DNA of 18,861 nt from Coleofasciculus sp. B1-GNL1-01 (GTDB lineage: Bacteria > Cyanobacteriota > Cyanobacteriia > Cyanobacteriales > Coleofasciculaceae), in assembly GCA_040220235.1 (NCBI GenBank), contig JAVJTO010000010.1; one strand, 5' to 3'. The notes under the pieces are model-generated. The model made no database searches and was not told the DNA's origin. It worked only from the letters and a program-made list of their open reading frames with translations. Made by a program: the position numbers and the translations under genes. The first letter of the stretch is position 1. Each line of letters begins with the position of its first letter. Positions 16,573 to 18,861 of this stretch are shown in pieces.

Positions 16573-17649
16573 TTACTTATGAATAAATCCCGATCGCGTT
16601 CCCTGCACCCCAACCTTGTGATAAACCGCTAGAATCTCAGGTGCGGCTAGCGATCGATTAAACAGTTGCACATCACTCATCCTACCCTGAAAGAATCCCG
16701 GTAAACTCGGATGATCCGAACGCCGTCCCAATCGCAGAGGTTTAAAATTATTCAGCGAACCCTGTCGTCCCGTCGGATTAAACCGATATTTCAACTCAAT
16801 CCCATCAACATACCATCGTCCCCCATCCGTCGCATCTCGGTCAACGGTAACCATCAGATAATGCCAGAGATCATCAGCAATGAAGCGCTGACTATCATAA
16901 TTCGTCCAAGCAGACTCGATTCCATCCGCTAATTGTAAACCCAACCGACCTTTATGCAGATATAAACAATATCCTTGCACCGAACCCGAGGTTTCCACGC
17001 GCTTATCCAAAATTACCTCAAGTCCGCGACTACGACTTTTAACACCCACACCAATCGAGAAATCCCCAACCCCAAAATTCAGGGCTGATCCATGGGGAAT
17101 TTCCACATAGTCATCCCCATCAAATTGCAGCGCACTCCCTAACCCTTGAGGTAGAACATATTCGACAAAGCGATAAGACTCCGGATTCACCTCATCCGGA
17201 TGTCCCGCACCACCTAATCCCGGCATTCGACCCGGAACCATCGTTACTGGTGTCGCCCCCTTAATTGTGCCATCATTTCCCCCCACACTATCCGCCGCGA
17301 TGTCCCCTTCTTTTTCATCTAACCGCCACCAGGCTATCCGATTAGCCGGGACATAATGTTGAATGGCTTGCTGAACCCACGATTGTTTCTGATTCCACAG
17401 GATTAAGAGTGCTGCTTGTCGTACCCGTGGGGATTCATCTTGTACAAAAGCGTCCTGCACCAAACTTAACCCCGCATCCCCATAGGCGATGGCTTCGCTA
17501 ATAGCGGCTAAACGTTGTTCTACAACAAGAGAGGTTAAACGCATCCTCACCCCAGCAATACCACCTAAGACTACGCCTTTAGTTGGGGGTGGATTTTTAC
17601 CGCCGAGAACGGCGTCATCCTTTTTGGGTCGGTGAGAATCCTTTGCCAT
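16573..17649 (-). CDS. LamG / concanavalin A-like domain protein with the same N-terminal module
   Basis: AWWRLDE...DSVG, ALQFDGDDYVEI, DDLWHYL, WYVDG and FQGRMSDVQLFNRSL. Confidence 0.88.
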   Translation of the reverse strand: MAKDSHRPKKDDAVLGGKNPPPTKGVVLGGIAGVRMRLTSLVVEQRLAAISEAIAYGDAGLSLVQDAFVQDESPRVRQAALLILWNQKQSWVQQAIQHYVPANRIAWWRLDEKEGDIAADSVGGNDGTIKGATPVTMVPGRMPGLGGAGHPDEVNPESYRFVEYVLPQGLGSALQFDGDDYVEIPHGSALNFGVGDFSIGVGVKSRSRGLEVILDKRVETSGSVQGYCLYLHKGRLGLQLADGIESAWTNYDSQRFIADDLWHYLMVTVDRDATDGGRWYVDGIELKYRFNPTGRQGSLNNFKPLRLGRRSDHPSLPGFFQGRMSDVQLFNRSLAAPEILAVYHKVGVQGTRSGFIHK

Positions 17650-17819
17650 CGCCCCTATTTCCCTATCCTCTTTAACCTATAATGCCATTCTTCTCAGAGA
17701 GCGATCGCGCTACGGTTCGCGGAGTCATTGAAACATCTGGCGAGATTCTGAGGCTCATTCCTCGCTATAGCAAAAGCTTCACGTCCACCGGAGGAGTCTC
17801 TACAACCTCTGCTCCCCTG

Positions 17820-18209
17820 CTACCCTTTGCCTTCTGTCTTTTCTCCACCAAATACGGCTAACCCATAATATTTCCAAGGTACGGCTACAGATTCAAACCC
17901 AGCCGTTTTCAACATATCTAGATGGGATGCTAATGTAACTAATTGATCCGGTTGAGAATAACCGTAAGGAATACTTTTACCTGTTTTCGTCCTGACTTTG
18001 GTTAATGTGGTTCCCTGTTTTACACACCATTCCTCGCGAATATGCTTATAGGCTTCTGACAAAATTGGTGATTCAGGAACAACCGGATCAGCATTCCAAA
18101 ACACACCGCCAGGGTTAAGGCTTTCCCCAATTTTAGTAAACAGTTTTACCTTCATTTCATCCGTCAAATGATGAATAGCTAGAGAGGAAACACAAGCATC
18201 AAAACCATA
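17820..18209 (-). pseudogene. 3' fragment of a class I SAM-dependent methyltransferase
   Basis: The frame extends upstream of the listed ORF as GFDACVSSLAIHHLTDEMK...LNPGGVFWNAD, then hits a stop at 18213-18215 inside IS sequence. No GxGxG motif I is present. Confidence 0.85.
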
Positions 18210-18631
18210 AGTTTAAAGAATTAGAGAAAAGCCAACCCGGACAAAACTCAAAAAGAATTAGCTCAACTGTAGGGGAATGTCAGCCATCATACAATTAGTA
18301 GAGGATTCAAGAAAATTGGCTACACTCGTAAAAAAAAACTTATGGCTATCAGGAGAGATGTGAAGATGCCAGATGCGAGTTTAAACAAAAACTAGCTAAC
18401 TATAGACCAAAACAGGTAATATACATAGATGAAAGCGGAATCAACAATAATGAAAGCTATCCCTACGGATGGAGCCAAAAAGGGGAAAGATTATATAGTA
18501 TGCGACCCGGTAAACGCCAAGATAGACTAAGTATTATCGGCGCTTTATGTGACGGTAATTTTTTCGCCCCGATGGTATATGAAGGATATTGTACAGCCAA
18601 GGTAATTGAGACATGGTTAGAAAATGAGTGA
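18209..18631 (+). mobile_element. Decayed internal fragment of an IS630-family transposase
   Basis: ANPDKTQKELAQL*GNVSHHTISRGFKKIGYTRKK (in-frame TAG at 18270), an A9 slippery tract at 18330-18338, then TYGYQER...VIYIDESG...YGWSQKGER...IIGAL...ETWLENE*. The second D and the E of DDE are missing. Confidence 0.88.
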
Positions 18632-18721
18632 GGTACAGGTGAGGCTTGCTGGACAAGGGTTTCAGTTGCTAATCTGTATCTCATCCAATTGAAAAACGCT
18701 ATACAACAACTAACAACAACT

Positions 18722-18753
18722 AAAGCCCCCTTTCCGTGAAGAAAAGAGGGCTT
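18722..18753 (-). terminator. Putative rho-independent terminator downstream of the 5S rRNA
   Basis: Minus strand reads AAGCCCTCTTTTC-TTCAC-GGAAAGGGGGCTTT followed by a T/G-rich tract. Confidence 0.65.
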
Positions 18754-18767
18754 GATGAAAGAAGAAG

Positions 18768-18861
18768 TCTGGCATCGAGCTATTTTCCCAGGGGGCAACC
18801 CCCAAAGTATCTTCGCCGCAGCAACGTTTCACAGCCGAGTTCGGGATGGGGTCGGAGTGGA
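18768..18861 (-). rRNA. rrf: 5S rRNA (3' part; the 5' end lies beyond the window)
   Basis: Minus strand reads CCGACCCCATCCCGAACTCGGCTGTGAAACG...GGCGAAGATACT...GGGAAAATAGCTCGATGCCAG, the conserved 5S core. Confidence 0.97.

Noticed and set aside
613..16932. Remaining short antisense or alternate-frame ORFs in the ORF track
   Set aside because: They are shadows of well-supported genes and carry no motifs of their own.
18463..18798. 111-aa minus-strand ORF
   Set aside because: It overlaps the 5S rRNA and terminator and is antisense to the IS630 fragment.

Overview
This window looks like genomic DNA of a filamentous cyanobacterium (about 17 HIP1 octamers GCGATCGC counted by eye, heptamer STRR tracts, many GTAG-hairpin repeats); a Coleofasciculus/Oscillatoriales-like source is inferred, not shown. 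From left to right it holds the 3' end of a probable IS1634-family element, an RHH/HicB-like gene, and a HEPN-MNT toxin-antitoxin pair bracketed by a 96-bp direct repeat that ends at HIP1. Next come an HTH-TIR-AAA_35 ATPase divergent from an HD-domain hydrolase, which converges on a CHASE3-PAS adenylate cyclase. The middle carries a pentapeptide-repeat protein, thrB, a phytochelatin-synthase-family gene and a Spy/CpxP gene divergent from a HisKA_3/NarL two-component system. The right part has a lipoprotein, DUF1257, a PD-(D/E)XK-like protein, two tandem genes sharing an N-terminal DAVLG/LGGIAG module fused to WD40 or LamG, a 5'-truncated methyltransferase, a decayed IS630 fragment and the 3' part of a 5S rRNA gene. 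The best candidates for undescribed biology are the TIR-STAND/HD/cyclase trio with phased repeats in its divergent intergenic region, the leader-duplicated TA cassette, the fixed-arm/variable-core GTAG repeats (one with separately amplified arms), and the shared N-terminal module family. All family assignments come from motif recognition without database searches.
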